From Octopus sinensis (Eukaryota), in the NCBI RefSeq assembly GCF_006345805.1, contig NC_043018.1:9548001-9612000 (forward strand): a stretch of 64,000 nucleotides of DNA. The letters are read 5' to 3'. Shown in pieces: positions 1 to 11,935 of the stretch; within the stretch, counting starts at the first letter, position 1, and every line of letters starts with the position of its first letter. The position numbers and the translations under genes are program-made. The notes beneath the pieces were generated by a model. It saw nothing but the letters and a program-made list of their open reading frames with translations, was not told the origin of the DNA and did not search any database.

Positions 1-248
1 ATTTTCTTACTATCTCTCTGGCTCAGAAACTATTAGTGATTAAATTGTTATTGGTATTATTATTATTTATCTTTGTCTTCAACATGATATATAACTTGAT
101 AATTAGTTCATATTGATCTCACCTGAATAGCAACCACACCTGTCATCTTAACAAACTGTCTCTCGGCCTCACTTCGGTGTGTGTGTGTGTGTGTGTGTGC
201 CGAAGTAAGTGAAACAAGGTGGGGAAAAAAATGAGTACTCAGTGTGCG

Positions 249-564
249 TAGGAGTGGCTGTGTGGTAAGTGGCTTGCTTACCAATCACATGGTTCCGGGT
301 TCAGTCCCACTGCTTGGCATCTTGGGCAAGTGTCTTCTACTATGTGTGTGTATGTGTGTGCATATATTTGTGTTTGTCCCCCCCCCAACATCGCTTGACA
401 ACCGATGGTGGTGTATTTACGTTCCCATAGCTTAGCGGTTCGGCAAAAATGGACCGATAGAATAAGTACTAGGCTTACAAAGAATAAGTCCTGGGGTCGA
501 TTTGCTCGACTAAAGGCGGTGCTCCAGCATGGCCGCAGTCAAGTGACTGAAACAAGTAAAAGAG
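249..564 (+). mobile_element. tRNA-derived SINE, family A (internal deletion)
   Basis: Head taggagtggctgtgtggtaag...ggttccgggttcagtccc, CCTTGGGCAAG core, tail ggcggtgctccagcatggccgcagtc..tgactgaaacaagtaaaaga; about 20 copies or fragments in the window. Confidence 0.9.
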
Positions 565-604
565 ATAATAGAGAAAAAAATATACCAGAGGTAGAGTGAA
601 TATG

Positions 605-848
605 CTTTATTTAAAAGCAGCAGAAATATCACAAAAACTGTTGCTCAGAGTTTCGCGTGTCCGTTCGTCGGACAGTTTTGTTATTCGGGTGAAGTCAATA
701 TAAACTGACTAATTATCAAATTATCCTGTTGAAGACAAAGGTAAATACTACTAATAATGATACCGCTAATAACAAAACTGTCCGACGAACGGGAACGCGA
801 AACTCCGAGTAACAGTTTTTGTGATATTTCTGCTGCTTTTAAATAAAG
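605..848. mobile_element. PLE-derived fold-back: 81-bp inverted arms carrying an HHR-like motif
   Basis: 605-685 and 768-848 are reverse complements (77/81 by eye); HHR-like layout at 774-819; related fragment at about 7718-7790. Confidence 0.7.
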
Positions 849-854
849 TGTGTG

Positions 855-895
<41 letters not shown>

Positions 896-899
896 TATA

Positions 900-1645
900 T
901 GGCTGTGTGGTTTGGAAGTTCGCTTTGAAACCACGTGGTTTCATGTTCGCTCCCGCTGTGTAGCACCTGCGGCAAATGTCTTCTCCAATAGCTCTGGGCT
1001 GACTAATGTCTCGTGAGTGAATTTTTTAATCAGAAACTTGTGTGAGTTGATTTTGGTAAACAAAAGCCCAATATGTGTGCGTGTGTGTCTGTGTGTGCGT
1101 GTGTGTCTGTGTGTGCGTGTGTGTCTGTGTGTGCGTGCGATACACATCCAGGCAAACACACAAGTGCAAGGTAAGGTGAAAAAAATAGTACTCGAATACT
1201 AAAGGTAGAGTAATATACTATTTTATTAAAGTTGGCTTTAATGAATAGTACTACACTATCGGCTAGAGACTATCAAATGTTGTTATACATCGCTGGTCAC
1301 GATGCGCTTTGGAATGACACTACCTCAATGGCTAGGCGAGCAGGCCAACATATAATAAATATATATATATGAATGTATGTATGGGTGTGTGTGCATGAGC
1401 GCGCGTCTTTGTGCTTATTCCTCCCTCACTTGACAACCGGTGTTGGTTTGTTTACTTCTCCGTAACTTAGCGATTCACCACCAACAACAACAAAAAAAAC
1501 AATGGAATGAATATGCCTGACTTAAAACAAAAAAGACTTCAAAAACGTAAGTACTTGGGTCGATTTGTTCAACTAAAAGCCTCCAAGGCGGTGCCCCAGC
1601 ATGGCCGCAGTCCAGTGAGCGAAACAAATAAAAGATAAAAAGATA
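900..1645 (+). mobile_element. Family A SINE, diverged and split (head about 900-1075, tail about 1400-1645)
   Basis: Matches the family A head and tail; interrupted by other repeats, including a family C tail fragment on - at about 1255-1350. Confidence 0.7.
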
Positions 1646-2483
1646 TGCTATCTTGCATAGCCATATTGTGTGATTATAATAGACTTCATTCAAACCCAAA
1701 AATTTATCTAAAATATCTTCCACTAACTCCACTTTGCACACGTACACGACCCCCCATCACTTTCTCTCTCTCCCTCCTCTCCCTCTCTCTTCCTCTTTAT
1801 TGCAACTACCTGTCTGTAAAATTAGGTTTCGGCCACTTTCTGTTTTTTAAACGAAAACAACTTTTATTCTACCCTGGACAGGTTTTCTTTTTTATCTTAG
1901 CCACGTCGGCAAATTATTCAACGATTCTATGTAATTCCTGTTTTTCCTTGTGAGTGTGTGTGTGAAAAAGTAATGCAGAACGACGGAGGACCATACTGAA
2001 AACAAGAAGGAAAAAAATAACGCAGAAGACTTGGTTACGCTCACCCCTCATCAGTCATCGACCAAAAGTCATCACCATTTTGACTCTTTATTGATATTAT
2101 TATTACAATCTAGTGATGTCTCAACAGCAGAATGCTGCTGAGGTTGTAAATGATCATACATAGAGTACAGAATGAAACAAGTACACACACACATGCTTAT
2201 ATACATATAAACGAACCTCCACTAACTACTCTGACTGTCTATCTGTGCATACCTGTCAATGCCGTGTATGCCATAAAGTCTGCAAATCTAACGGAGGCCT
2301 TTGAATATCCACAAAGATCAAAACTTAACTGCAGCTCTTGGTAGTCCAAATCAGATATGCAATCTATGTGGGTGTCTTTTCAATGCAATGTCTAGTTTAA
2401 AAAAACCACATCAAACGCCATGATGGATCTAATGCGTAAGTAATAGAGGTGGTCAGACTCTGCGTAAGGAGTAAACAACCACC

Positions 2484-2489
2484 ATACAT

Positions 2490-2550
<61 letters not shown>

Positions 2551-2617
2551 ATATATATTTATATATTTATATATTATATATAATATATATATATATTATA
2601 TATATATATATATTATA

Positions 2618-2662
<45 letters not shown>

Positions 2663-2667
2663 ATATT
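2484..2667. repeat. (CA)n/(TA)n compound microsatellite
   Basis: Read directly. Confidence 0.95.
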
Positions 2668-2835
2668 ACTACACGCATTTTTTCTCTCCTTGTTTTTTTC
2701 TGTGTATCTTTCTGTCGAAGAGCGTAGGCTCGAAACGTAAAAGACTTTTTCTATTCCTGAGCGCTATACTAATACATTTGTTTGTTTGTACTCCACCTGC
2801 CTTCGTCTTTTGTTTATTTTCGTAAACTTTTCCTT
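2668..2835 (+). mobile_element. Short PLE-derived repeat with HHR-like motif (2707-2744)
   Basis: tcttt-CTGTCGA-A-GAGC-GTAG-GCTC-GAAA-CG-TA-aaaga; flanked by (TA)n; siblings at about 32915-33070(-), 48590-48760(-), 49230-49400(-). Confidence 0.75.
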
Positions 2836-2838
2836 TAT

Positions 2839-2897
<59 letters not shown>

Positions 2898-2929
2898 TTG
2901 TGTGTGTGTATGTGTTTTACATTCTCCTT

Positions 2930-3122
2930 GGCTTGGCATCAAACAGTGGTAGTAAGCAAGTATCACTGTCATGCAGGAGGTGTTCTTCGTTTCCAGTTCT
3001 GTCACGTAAATATGCATGGGCATGGTGAAATATTACTTGGAAATAGGTGAGGGTTGGTGACAGGAAGGACATCCACCCTGGCAAAATCTGTGATCCAAGC
3101 GAGCATGGAAATGTGGATGTTT
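2930..3122 (+). mobile_element. SINE family F, 3' part (RTE-like tail)
   Basis: aaatattacttggaaataggtgagggttggtgacaggaaggacatcc...gcatggaaatgtggatgtt; an inverted sibling lies at 3805-3995. Confidence 0.65.
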
Positions 3123-3218
3123 TATATATCTATGGGTGTGCGGGTGCGCATGTGTATGATGGACATGCGCGCTTACGCGATTGCTATGACCATTTTTACT
3201 CCCTTACCTTTACTTTAT

Positions 3219-3562
3219 ATCTTTTACTTGTTTCAGTCATTAGCCTGCGGCCATGCTGGGGCATCGCCTTAAAGGGCTTTAGTACTTATTTTTTAAAACC
3301 TAGTACTTATTTTATCGGTCACTTCTGCCGTACCAATAAGTTATTTACGAGGACGTAAACACACCATCACTGGTTGTCAAGTGGTGATGGATAAAGACAA
3401 AGACTCGCGTACATAGATATATACGTATATACGACGGGCTTCCTTCAGTTTCGATCTACCAGATCCACTCGCAAAGCTTTGGTTGGCTCGAGGCTAGAGT
3501 AGAAGACATTTGCCCAAGGTGCCACGCAGTTGGACTGAACACTGAACCATGTAGTTGAGAAG
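3219..3562 (-). mobile_element. Family A SINE
   Basis: Reverse complement of the family A tail, body and head. Confidence 0.85.
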
Positions 3563-3804
3563 GCTCTCTTGTTGCCCTTCTGGTATCATCGGGTACTCTC
3601 ATGGCATATAAATCATTGAACAGGATTTGAACTACGCTCTCTGTTCAGTTCCCGCCGAGGTCAATCATCTTTTCCTGTGATCCCTTTCGGAGTCGACAAA
3701 ATAAAGTGCTGGTCTGGTACTGCGATCGATGAGTACCAACTTGCTCCCTGTGTATAAAATAATTGGCCTTTTGTCTATAATAGAAAGAATTGTTGTAGTT
3801 GGGA

Positions 3805-3995
3805 CATCATCATCGTTTTAATTTGTCCAGGCATGTTTTCTGCAACCGGACGCCCTTCCTGCTGCCAACACTCACCTGTTTCCGGGCAAGTTAATCTTTC
3901 CCCATGGCCAAGGGTGTTTTCCACGAAGGGCTGGAAACGAACAACCTCGTTTATATGACGGTGATGCTCGCTTACAACCATCACATGATGTCTAG
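3805..3995 (-). mobile_element. SINE family F with (GAT)n end
   Basis: catcatcatcgttttaa...ggacgcccttcctgctgccaacactcacctgtttcc is the reverse complement of the 2930-3122 family. Confidence 0.65.
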
Positions 3996-4002
3996 ACAAT
4001 GG

Positions 4003-4236
4003 TACACACATACATACATACTTACATACATACATACTTACATACATACATGCAAACATATATACATACATACATACATCATGCATCATACATACATACA
4101 TACACACACACATACATACATACACACATACATACACACATACATACACACACATACATACACCCATACACACACACACATACATACAAACATACATACA
4201 TACATACATACATACATGCAAACATACATATATACA
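4003..4236. repeat. (CATA)n/(CA)n microsatellite
   Basis: Read directly. Confidence 0.95.
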
Positions 4237-4989
4237 TATGGTGGCCTCGGCGCTGGAGGTGGCGGGAATTTATTTCCTCACTAGCGATATAAACGAATGC
4301 ATTTTTGTGCCAAAAGTCTATATGAGAGTTCCTCTTATGGTATTTATCGTAGTAGATTTTCTTCGAACAGAATATCCACGTTTAAGTGAGAATACCTACC
4401 TACCTACATACATACATGCTTGCATATAAACATACATATACACTTGTATGCATACATGCATGTAATATATTCATGCTTATACGACGGGCTTCTTTCAGTT
4501 TCCGTCTACCAAATTCACTAACAAGGTTATAGTCGCCCCGGGGCTGTAATAAAAGACGGTTGCCCAAGATGCCTCGCAATGATGGGTTTGAATAAATCCG
4601 AGTTGGAATTCTTAGCCGAAATCTTTCGTGTATTGCGCATTTATACATTGTATCTCGTGTGTGTCTCTGTGTGTGCGCATGTATACACACACATATATAA
4701 AACATGTATAATGTCAGTCTTCCTCATTCTATCGACCGGCGTCTTCCGCTTTGTTTTGGCTTACTTCCACTAACCATACTATCTATGATTGACCCAACAA
4801 AATCAATCAATTTTTGTGTGTGTTCAATGGAAAATGTCTTCGTGATTGGGTCTGATATAAGATAGCTTTCTGGGCTAAAATCATTTTTTTTTTTACAATA
4901 TCTGATTCATTATCGTTTTTTTTCAAAATCCTAAAATATTAAAATAGATTAGTATCCGACAGTTACCGGCATCGTTCTGTTGGTCTCTT

Positions 4990-5428
4990 CTTCTTCTTCC
5001 AATCGGGACTCACGCCATTAGCCACAAAGAATAATCTCTAATTCGAGCCTCCTCTAAGCTGCCAAGAATGCGTGTGGCAACTTGAAGATCCACCCACCAC
5101 ACGCGATAGACTGGCGGTTGCACGGGTGCGAAAGCTACGTTGTTATCCTCATTCCGTAAACGGTGGCTTTTAACGGGTGGAGAGCTGAACCATCCTGGGG
5201 TAGAGAGGATTCGCAATCTAGACTAGGGTCTGAAAGTTTACCACACCATGGTTCCTCTGCTTTGTAGCAGAAGTAGGAAGGAAGAGTGAGAGAAAGTTGT
5301 GGTGAAAGAGTACAGCGGGGTTCACCCCCACCGTCCCGCCAGAGCCTCACAATGCCGGTCTGGAAATCGAAACCGCGTTCTTACGACCGCTAGTCCGCTG
5401 CCCTAAACACTGGGCCATTGCGCCTCCA
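4990..5428 (-). mobile_element. SINE family C (tRNA-Arg-like head) with tail type 1 ending (GAA)n
   Basis: On - strand, head tggaggcgcaatggcccagtgtttagggcagcggac...gtttcgatttccagaccgg, shared with 39045 and 51864. Confidence 0.75.
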
Positions 5429-6439
5429 CTTTGTTGCGGTTTTAAAAATTTAACCCTAGGTCAGCCGTAATCTCTGCATTTTATGGGTTACAAAGGGCTG
5501 CTTTAGGATGTTATTAAATTTCTTCCAACGACTTGATGTATTTCGAAATTTCACCAGATTATTTTTTCAAAAATGATGACAAAAATTATATATTATTTAT
5601 TATTAATTTCTAGAAAAAATATGCGTCATCACCGTGCAGAATAAAAATTAATCCCCCCCAAATTTTTTTTTAATATTCGGGTTGGAAATTTGAAATCAAG
5701 CGGTTGGAAGGTCCCTTACTTTATGAAATGTCTGCTTTGTATATATTTCAAGACAAGATGTGTTTTGAAGGAGATTTAGCTGCGATTTCCAGTAAGGTTA
5801 GCGACCATATGTTATTCAGTCATGGACAAACTGCAGTCCGCGGGACTTTCTGAATAGCATGCCTAACGAAAAATTACCTTTAATTTTCTATTAGTAGTGC
5901 GGCCCACCTTGTGGTGAGCCATACCTCATGTGGGCCATTTCTCGAAAAATGATGCTTCATGCTTGATATAAATAAATAACTCGTATGTATTTGTTGTTCT
6001 TTTAAGTTTAGGGCGGCCTTGACCGATCAGACTTAACAATCAGTGCCAGTCGATGCTGGATTATTTATTATTACAGCTTATTTTCGACGGCTGCGTCGTT
6101 CGAAATTCAGTTTTAGACAGCTTACGGTGTGATTTGAGGGAACCGTGGCTGCTATTTCTAGAGGGAAGACACTCGACATAAAGGCCTGCACTTCTCGATT
6201 CGAGGCGACAGCGACAACTACGTATCATGGCTTCTCTCTCCCTCCTCCCCTCACTTTTGTTTGCTGTGTCACTCTGTGAAAGCACTTAAAATATTTATAT
6301 TTATCGTTCACACATTTCTCGTGTACTTTGTCCGTACCATTCAAATTCATTCATTCACCCCGTCGTTATAGCATACTCCATCCATCCAGCCATCCACCGA
6401 TCTATCTGTCTGTCTGTCTGTCTATCTATCCATAAAAAA

Positions 6440-6975
6440 AGATGGGTGAATGTAGCAAGGATGGCACGTATGAATGACGAAGCCACCCTGAGCATAATCC
6501 TATGAACCCAGAAATTGAAAACAGAGGGTTACCCACTTGCAAACAAATGTGGTAACATATAACAATATTGACCAAGGTTACCGTGGTCTCTTTCGTAGGC
6601 TTTTCTTCCCACGGATAAACCTTACTTGCTTTCCCCTTTACACCATATATCATAACACTGTGATACACGATCCCTATTGATCGTTCTTTTTTTTCCTCTT
6701 CCCCTTTTTTTCCCCCTTTTTTCTTCTTTTTTCATTTCTCTTTTCTCTTGTTCCTTTTCCTTTTCCCTTTTTTTCCCTTTATTCTATTTATTTTTTATTT
6801 TTTATTTTATTTTATTTTTTTTGTTCTTTTCTTCCCTTTTACGATCCCTCTTGATCGAAAACCTACGCCACCCCCTTTTTTTTTCTTTTGTTTTTTGTTT
6901 TCTTCATCCCCCAAAAGAAAAGCTCTACCTTGTAACTTGTCCCATCTGTGTGCAGCCCTGTGTGGCCAATAAAGA
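6440..6975 (+). mobile_element. Tx1/L1-clade LINE 3' fragment (ORF2 C-terminus and 3' UTR)
   Basis: Translates KRWVNVARMARMNDEATLSIIL*, homologous to ERWVNCARMVSINGPILRFRL* at 11372-11552(-); pyrimidine-rich UTR ending cagccctgtgtggccaataaagaaa. Clade assigned from recall. Confidence 0.6.
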
Positions 6976-6989
6976 AACTTATCCATCTA

Positions 6990-7212
6990 CACAAGGAGTT
7001 GTTGAAAAGTTCCTGGCTTTAAGGATATCGTGAAAGACCTGGTTGGACGCCCGACCTTCCGATCCCATTTACAGGGCTTAGAAAAACTGAAGGGCCACCG
7101 CAATAGGTGTATGAATCTGAGAGGGGAATATGCTGAATAAAATCATAATTAACTGATCCCCCTGTATTTTCTTTTATCCAAAGCCAGGGACCTTTTAACA
7201 CCCCCTCGTGTA
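6990..7212 (+). mobile_element. Mariner-derived MITE
   Basis: TIRs gttgttgaaaagttcctggcttt / aaagccagggaccttttaacaccccctcgtg; interior holds a decayed transposase C-terminus (resembles the mariner G.EKL..RW.KC...GEY.E* end). Confidence 0.8.
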
Positions 7213-7294
7213 CATAGACACACAACACACAGGTGCCAGGCTGTGTGGTAAGAAATTTGCATGACACCTCGGACATGTGTCTTTTATTATATCC

Positions 7295-7533
7295 TTGGGC
7301 CGACGACCAAAGCCTTGTGAGTGGATTTGGTGTGTTTGTGTGTCTGTGTTTGTCCTCCACCCCCTGCTGCTTGACTACTGGTGTTGGTTTGTTTGCGCCC
7401 TCATAATGAAGCGGCTCGCCAAAAGAGCCACCACTGTCTTAGAAAATACGTACTGGGGTCGCTTTGTTCGACTATACTCTTCAAGGCGATATCCCAGCAT
7501 GGCCAGTGTCCAGTCACTGAAACAAGTAAAAAA
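7295..7533 (+). mobile_element. Family A SINE, 5'-truncated
   Basis: Body and tail match family A. Confidence 0.8.
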
Positions 7534-7561
7534 TATCTATTTATACATACCCGCCCCCCTC

Positions 7562-7716
<155 letters not shown>

Positions 7717-7902
7717 CTTTATTTTAAGCAGCAGAAAATTCAACAAAATCTGTTACTCTGAGTTTCTCGTTTCTCAGACAGTTTTTGCCATATATATATA
7801 TAAGGATAAGTGGTGCAGTATGAACATTTAATGTGATTTTAGAATCAAGTTTTGGCTGCTATTTCCAGCGTGGTGGTATCTCTCCGATACCCTGAATTTA
7901 AT

Positions 7903-7935
<33 letters not shown>

Positions 7936-8535
7936 ATACAGAGGAGAGAAGTATATTTTTGTTCTCATCAACAGAAAAATTAAATCAGTTTAATCAATCG
8001 TTATTTTATTTTACTTGCCATTTTATATTGTTTAGTTTAAAATCTCTGATTTTTTCGAGGCACATGTATGAAGAAAGAATAGAATAATTTCTCGGACCAA
8101 CGAGAGAAAGCCTCTATGTGGTCGATCGCCATGCTAGAAGCGACAACCAAAGACGAGGCTTCCTTCTGCGTGGTCGTTTGCCCTGCTAAAAATAACACCC
8201 ATGACACCCTCGACTCACACACCATTGTCTTAAATCGGGTATAGACAACATTTTTCGAGAAACGGGGTGCATGAGACAGGGCTCATCATTTTATTTCTAA
8301 AAATATATTCAAGGTGGTTTTTTTTGTTCGGTGTGCCATTTCAGAAAGTCCCGCCGGGCCGCAGTTTACTCACAAACGACTTAAGTTCTGACACATCCAA
8401 TGAAATAATCCTCACTTGAATAATCTCTTTTGAAAGACGAGATAGTCACGGCTGGCATGTCTCTGATCCTGGTTTTGTTCGATTAAGGTTGACTTAACAC
8501 CCAACGCTAATAAACAGCAACAACAACAACAATAC

Positions 8536-8767
8536 CTATTTCTTTACTACCCACAAGGGGCTAAACACAGAGAGGACAAACAAGGACAGACAAACGGATT
8601 AATTCGATTATATCGACCCCAGTGCGTAACTGCTACTTAATTTATCGACCCCGAAAGGATGAAAGGCAAAGTTGGCCTTGGCGGAATTTGAACTCAGAAC
8701 GTAGCGGCAGACGAAATACCGCTAAGCATTTCGCCCGGCGTGCTAACGTTTCTGCCAGCTCCCTGCC
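8536..8767 (-). mobile_element. SINE family B, long form, with 14-bp TSD
   Basis: TSD aacaacaacaatac at 8522-8535 and 8768-8781; tRNA-like head with B-box gagttcaaattcc; central gactttgcctttcatcctttcggggtcgataaa domain. Confidence 0.9.
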
Positions 8768-9099
8768 AACAACAACAATACTAACAAGTCACTTCGTTTG
8801 CAGTTGTCCCTTTTTGTACCCCTTATTCATCACCATACAACTACGGACCCTTTAAGACTAAAAACATTCGGCAGCGGAGTAACTAAACGAATCGCCTGTT
8901 TTTCCAGTCTTGTTTTTACTCCTTTTTTTTTATCGCCAGATAAATAAATGCCTGAAGTAACGAGAATAAATATTTATATATTCTTGTCTTGCCGTATGTT
9001 GAAGATTAGGGGCTGATAAATGTATCTGCTGCCTTACGATGGGGGTGGCTTGTTGTTGATGTTGGAGTTGACTTCGCTGTTTTAGAAGCACGACAAGCA

Positions 9100-9990
9100 T
9101 CCCACCCGTTCGTTAGTTTGCTGGTTCACCGTCGTTCAAACAACTGCCACCCGGCCATTTGTTGCTGGGTCATCGTCTTTGTTGTCATACACGACGGACA
9201 GAATCGCTACCCGGTTTCACTTGGTAGATTTGTTGCATTTTTTATACAGATTAGGAGAGGTACCCGATACTAGCTTGTGGGTTATTGCATTTATTATACC
9301 GATTAGACCTACCCGGTATTAATTGGTGGGTTGTATTTATTATACTGATTTGGAGATCTACCCGATATTTAATTGGCGGGTTGTTGCATTTGTTATACCG
9401 ATTAGGAGATCTGCTCGATATTAGTAGGTTGTTACATCTATGTTACCGATTAAGAGTGCCACTCGATATTAGCTGGTGGGTCTGTGTCGCTGTATGTATT
9501 ACACCCGGTAGATTAGAATGCCACCCGCTATTAGACGCTGTGTTGTCGCTGTGTATTAATCATAATACACTCCCTCTTTATATTTGTCGGTGGTTCATCG
9601 TCGCTCTATTATACCCGATAGATAGAAATGTCAGCCGGTACCAACTGACGGGTCGTTATTGTATTTATTGTATTTACAGATTAAAATGCCAGTTTGTCAT
9701 TGTTGTATTAATCATCAAAAACCACTCCTACCCGGTTGGTTTGATCCTCGTTGTCGATGTATCATACCCGATAGAAAGAAGTCCCACCCGATATTGGTAA
9801 CTGGGCTGTTCTTTTAATCATGAAACACCACCCATCCGGTATGAGTTGCTGGATCATCGATAGTGGGTAGATGTTCGACGTTGTTGCATTCAACATGTTA
9901 GAACTCCCACCCCGGGTATTAGTTGCTGATGTATTTGTTATACCTAAGTTGATGGAAGGTCGTCGTCGTCTTCCACCAGGTATTGTTCTC
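9100..9990. repeat. Highly diverged minisatellite, unit about 50 bp
   Basis: Recurrent ACCCGRT..ATTAG..GGTGGGTTG..GTATTT..ATACCGATTAG units. Confidence 0.7.
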
Positions 9991-10057
9991 ATTCTTATCG
10001 GAGAAAGGCAAGGAAAAAACCGGGTATGGTGGCACAGTCAGTAAAGAGTCAGTCGTT

Positions 10058-10380
10058 ACGTGGCTTGGTGGTTAGGGTATTCGGCTCACGATCGGAAGGT
10101 CGTGAGTTCGATTCCCGGCGGCGCATTGTGTCTTTGAGCAAGACATTTTATTTCACGTTGCTCCGATCCAGTCAGCTGGCAAAAATGAGTAGTACCTGTA
10201 TTTCAAAAGGGCCAACCTTGTCACACTCTGTGTCCCTCTGAATCTCTCTGAGAAATAACTACGTTAAGTGTACGTGTGTCGGTGGAGTATTCAACCATTT
10301 GTACGTTAATTTCACGATCGAGCTGTTCCGTTGATCGGCTCAGCTAGAACACTCGTCGTCGCAACCGACGCAGTGCCATA
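10058..10380 (+). mobile_element. SINE family H (tRNA-like head)
   Basis: gtggcttggtggttagggtattcggctcacgatc...gtgagttcgattcccggc head; tail ends ctcgtcgtcgcaaccgacgcagtgcca; sibling at about 35860-36118. Confidence 0.8.
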
Positions 10381-10394
10381 CAATCAAGTTACGG

Positions 10395-10612
10395 CTAAGG
10401 CGACGAGCTGGCAGAATCGTTTGCACGCCGAACAAAATGCTTAGCAACATTTCGTCCGTCTTTACGTTCTGAGTTCAAATTCCGCCGTGGCCGACCTTGC
10501 CTTTCATCTTTGCGGGGTCGATAAAAGAAGTACCAGTTGAGCGCTGGGGTCGGTGGAACCGAGTTATCGCCTTCATCGAAATTGCTGGCTTTGTTCCAAA
10601 ATTTGAAACCAA
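10395..10612 (+). mobile_element. SINE family B, short form
   Basis: B head and central domain, ending aaattgctggctttgttccaaaatttgaaacc. Confidence 0.8.
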
Positions 10613-11094
10613 TATTTAGACACGGCTTCTTACGATTTGAGGTCGATTCCTGTTGAATTGGTGGTGGTGGTCGTCGTTGTGGAGGTAGAATTTATCTTTC
10701 CGACATCGATCAAAATATCAGTTATCATATGTTCGAGAACAGGAGGTGCAGCGGGTGTGAGCGCAGCCCCTAATTTCTAACGGGTAGGCGTTGGGGGAGA
10801 AGGCAATAAAAATCCCATTGTAAAACTTCATCACCAAAACGAACGAGTTTAGAAACGGTTTTAGACGGATTTGAAACATTACTTTTCCATTATTGGATTG
10901 ATCTGATCTGATTGATGTACAAATATAATAATAATAATAATAATAATAATGATTTATTTTTTTATTGCCCACAGAAGGCTAAACAGAGGGGACAAATAAG
11001 GACAGACAAAGCGATTAAGTCGATTACATGGACCCCAGTGCCTAACTGGTACTTATTTAATCGATCTATACTTATTTAATCGAATAATAATAAT

Positions 11095-11552
11095 AATTAA
11101 TTCTTTTATTGGCCACAAGGGCTGACAAAGATCAATTATTACATAAAGGGACAAAACAGGACGAAAGGTTACAAAGGGTTTTGTCCGTTTGTGAAAAAAC
11201 CAAGTAAAAACAGTGTAACAATCAAAAATTTTAACAACGAAAAACTCCCAATAGAGGAGACGCTTCGAAAAAAAAGAAAAGGTCTCACGTGGAAAAATCC
11301 ATAAAAGCCACGGGAGCCTGGTCAAAAGGGGGGTAGAGAGCCCCTTTCTCCTTTTATAATACCCTTTTCAATTACAGGCGAAACCTCAGGATTGGTCCAT
11401 TTATACTGACCATTCTTGCACAATTCACCCACCTTTCAGAAAACTTGCTATCAGACAGCACTCTCCCCTCTAACCTCATCTTCCTTTTCAAGTGAAACTT
11501 GAAAAAGTTGATGAGGCCTTGACCAAAGAGGAAAGTGTCTGACTTTAGTAAC
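11095..11552 (-). mobile_element. Tx1/L1-clade LINE 3' fragment
   Basis: ORF end GQGLINFFKFHLKRKMRLEGRVLSDSKFSERWVNCARMV...*; UTR ends ttgtcagcccttgtggccaataaaagaa. Confidence 0.6.
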
Positions 11553-11935
11553 CGATATAGCATGCCCCGGTAACAACAGGATCAATGTGAAAGAAGAAAA
11601 AATAAACAAGTATGGCGATTTGAAGTGGGGAAATACAAACGTGGTCAATGAAGAGAGTAGACGTGATACCAGGAGTAATTGGTTCACTTGGAAGTATCAG
11701 TACTCAACTACCAACATGGCTGAAAAAGATTGGTGCAAGTGTGAAGGTAGGACACTTATAAAATCAGCATTGCTTGGAACTGCGAGAATCCTTCGCAAGG
11801 TTCTTGAAGTATGACCAGTAAAAGGAGTGTCACCTTAGTCTGCTGACTGTGGACAGCTGACACTTTCCATCATACCCTGCAGAATAAGATGCGAGTTTTC
11901 ATCTAATAATAATAATTATTATCATCATTGTATTT
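11553..11935 (+). mobile_element. R4/Dong-clade non-LTR retrotransposon 3' end (restriction-like endonuclease), frameshifted
   Basis: DIACPGNNRINVKEEKINKYGDLKW / VDVIPGVIGSLG / KSALLGTARILRKVLEV*, followed by an (AAT)n tail. Confidence 0.85.
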
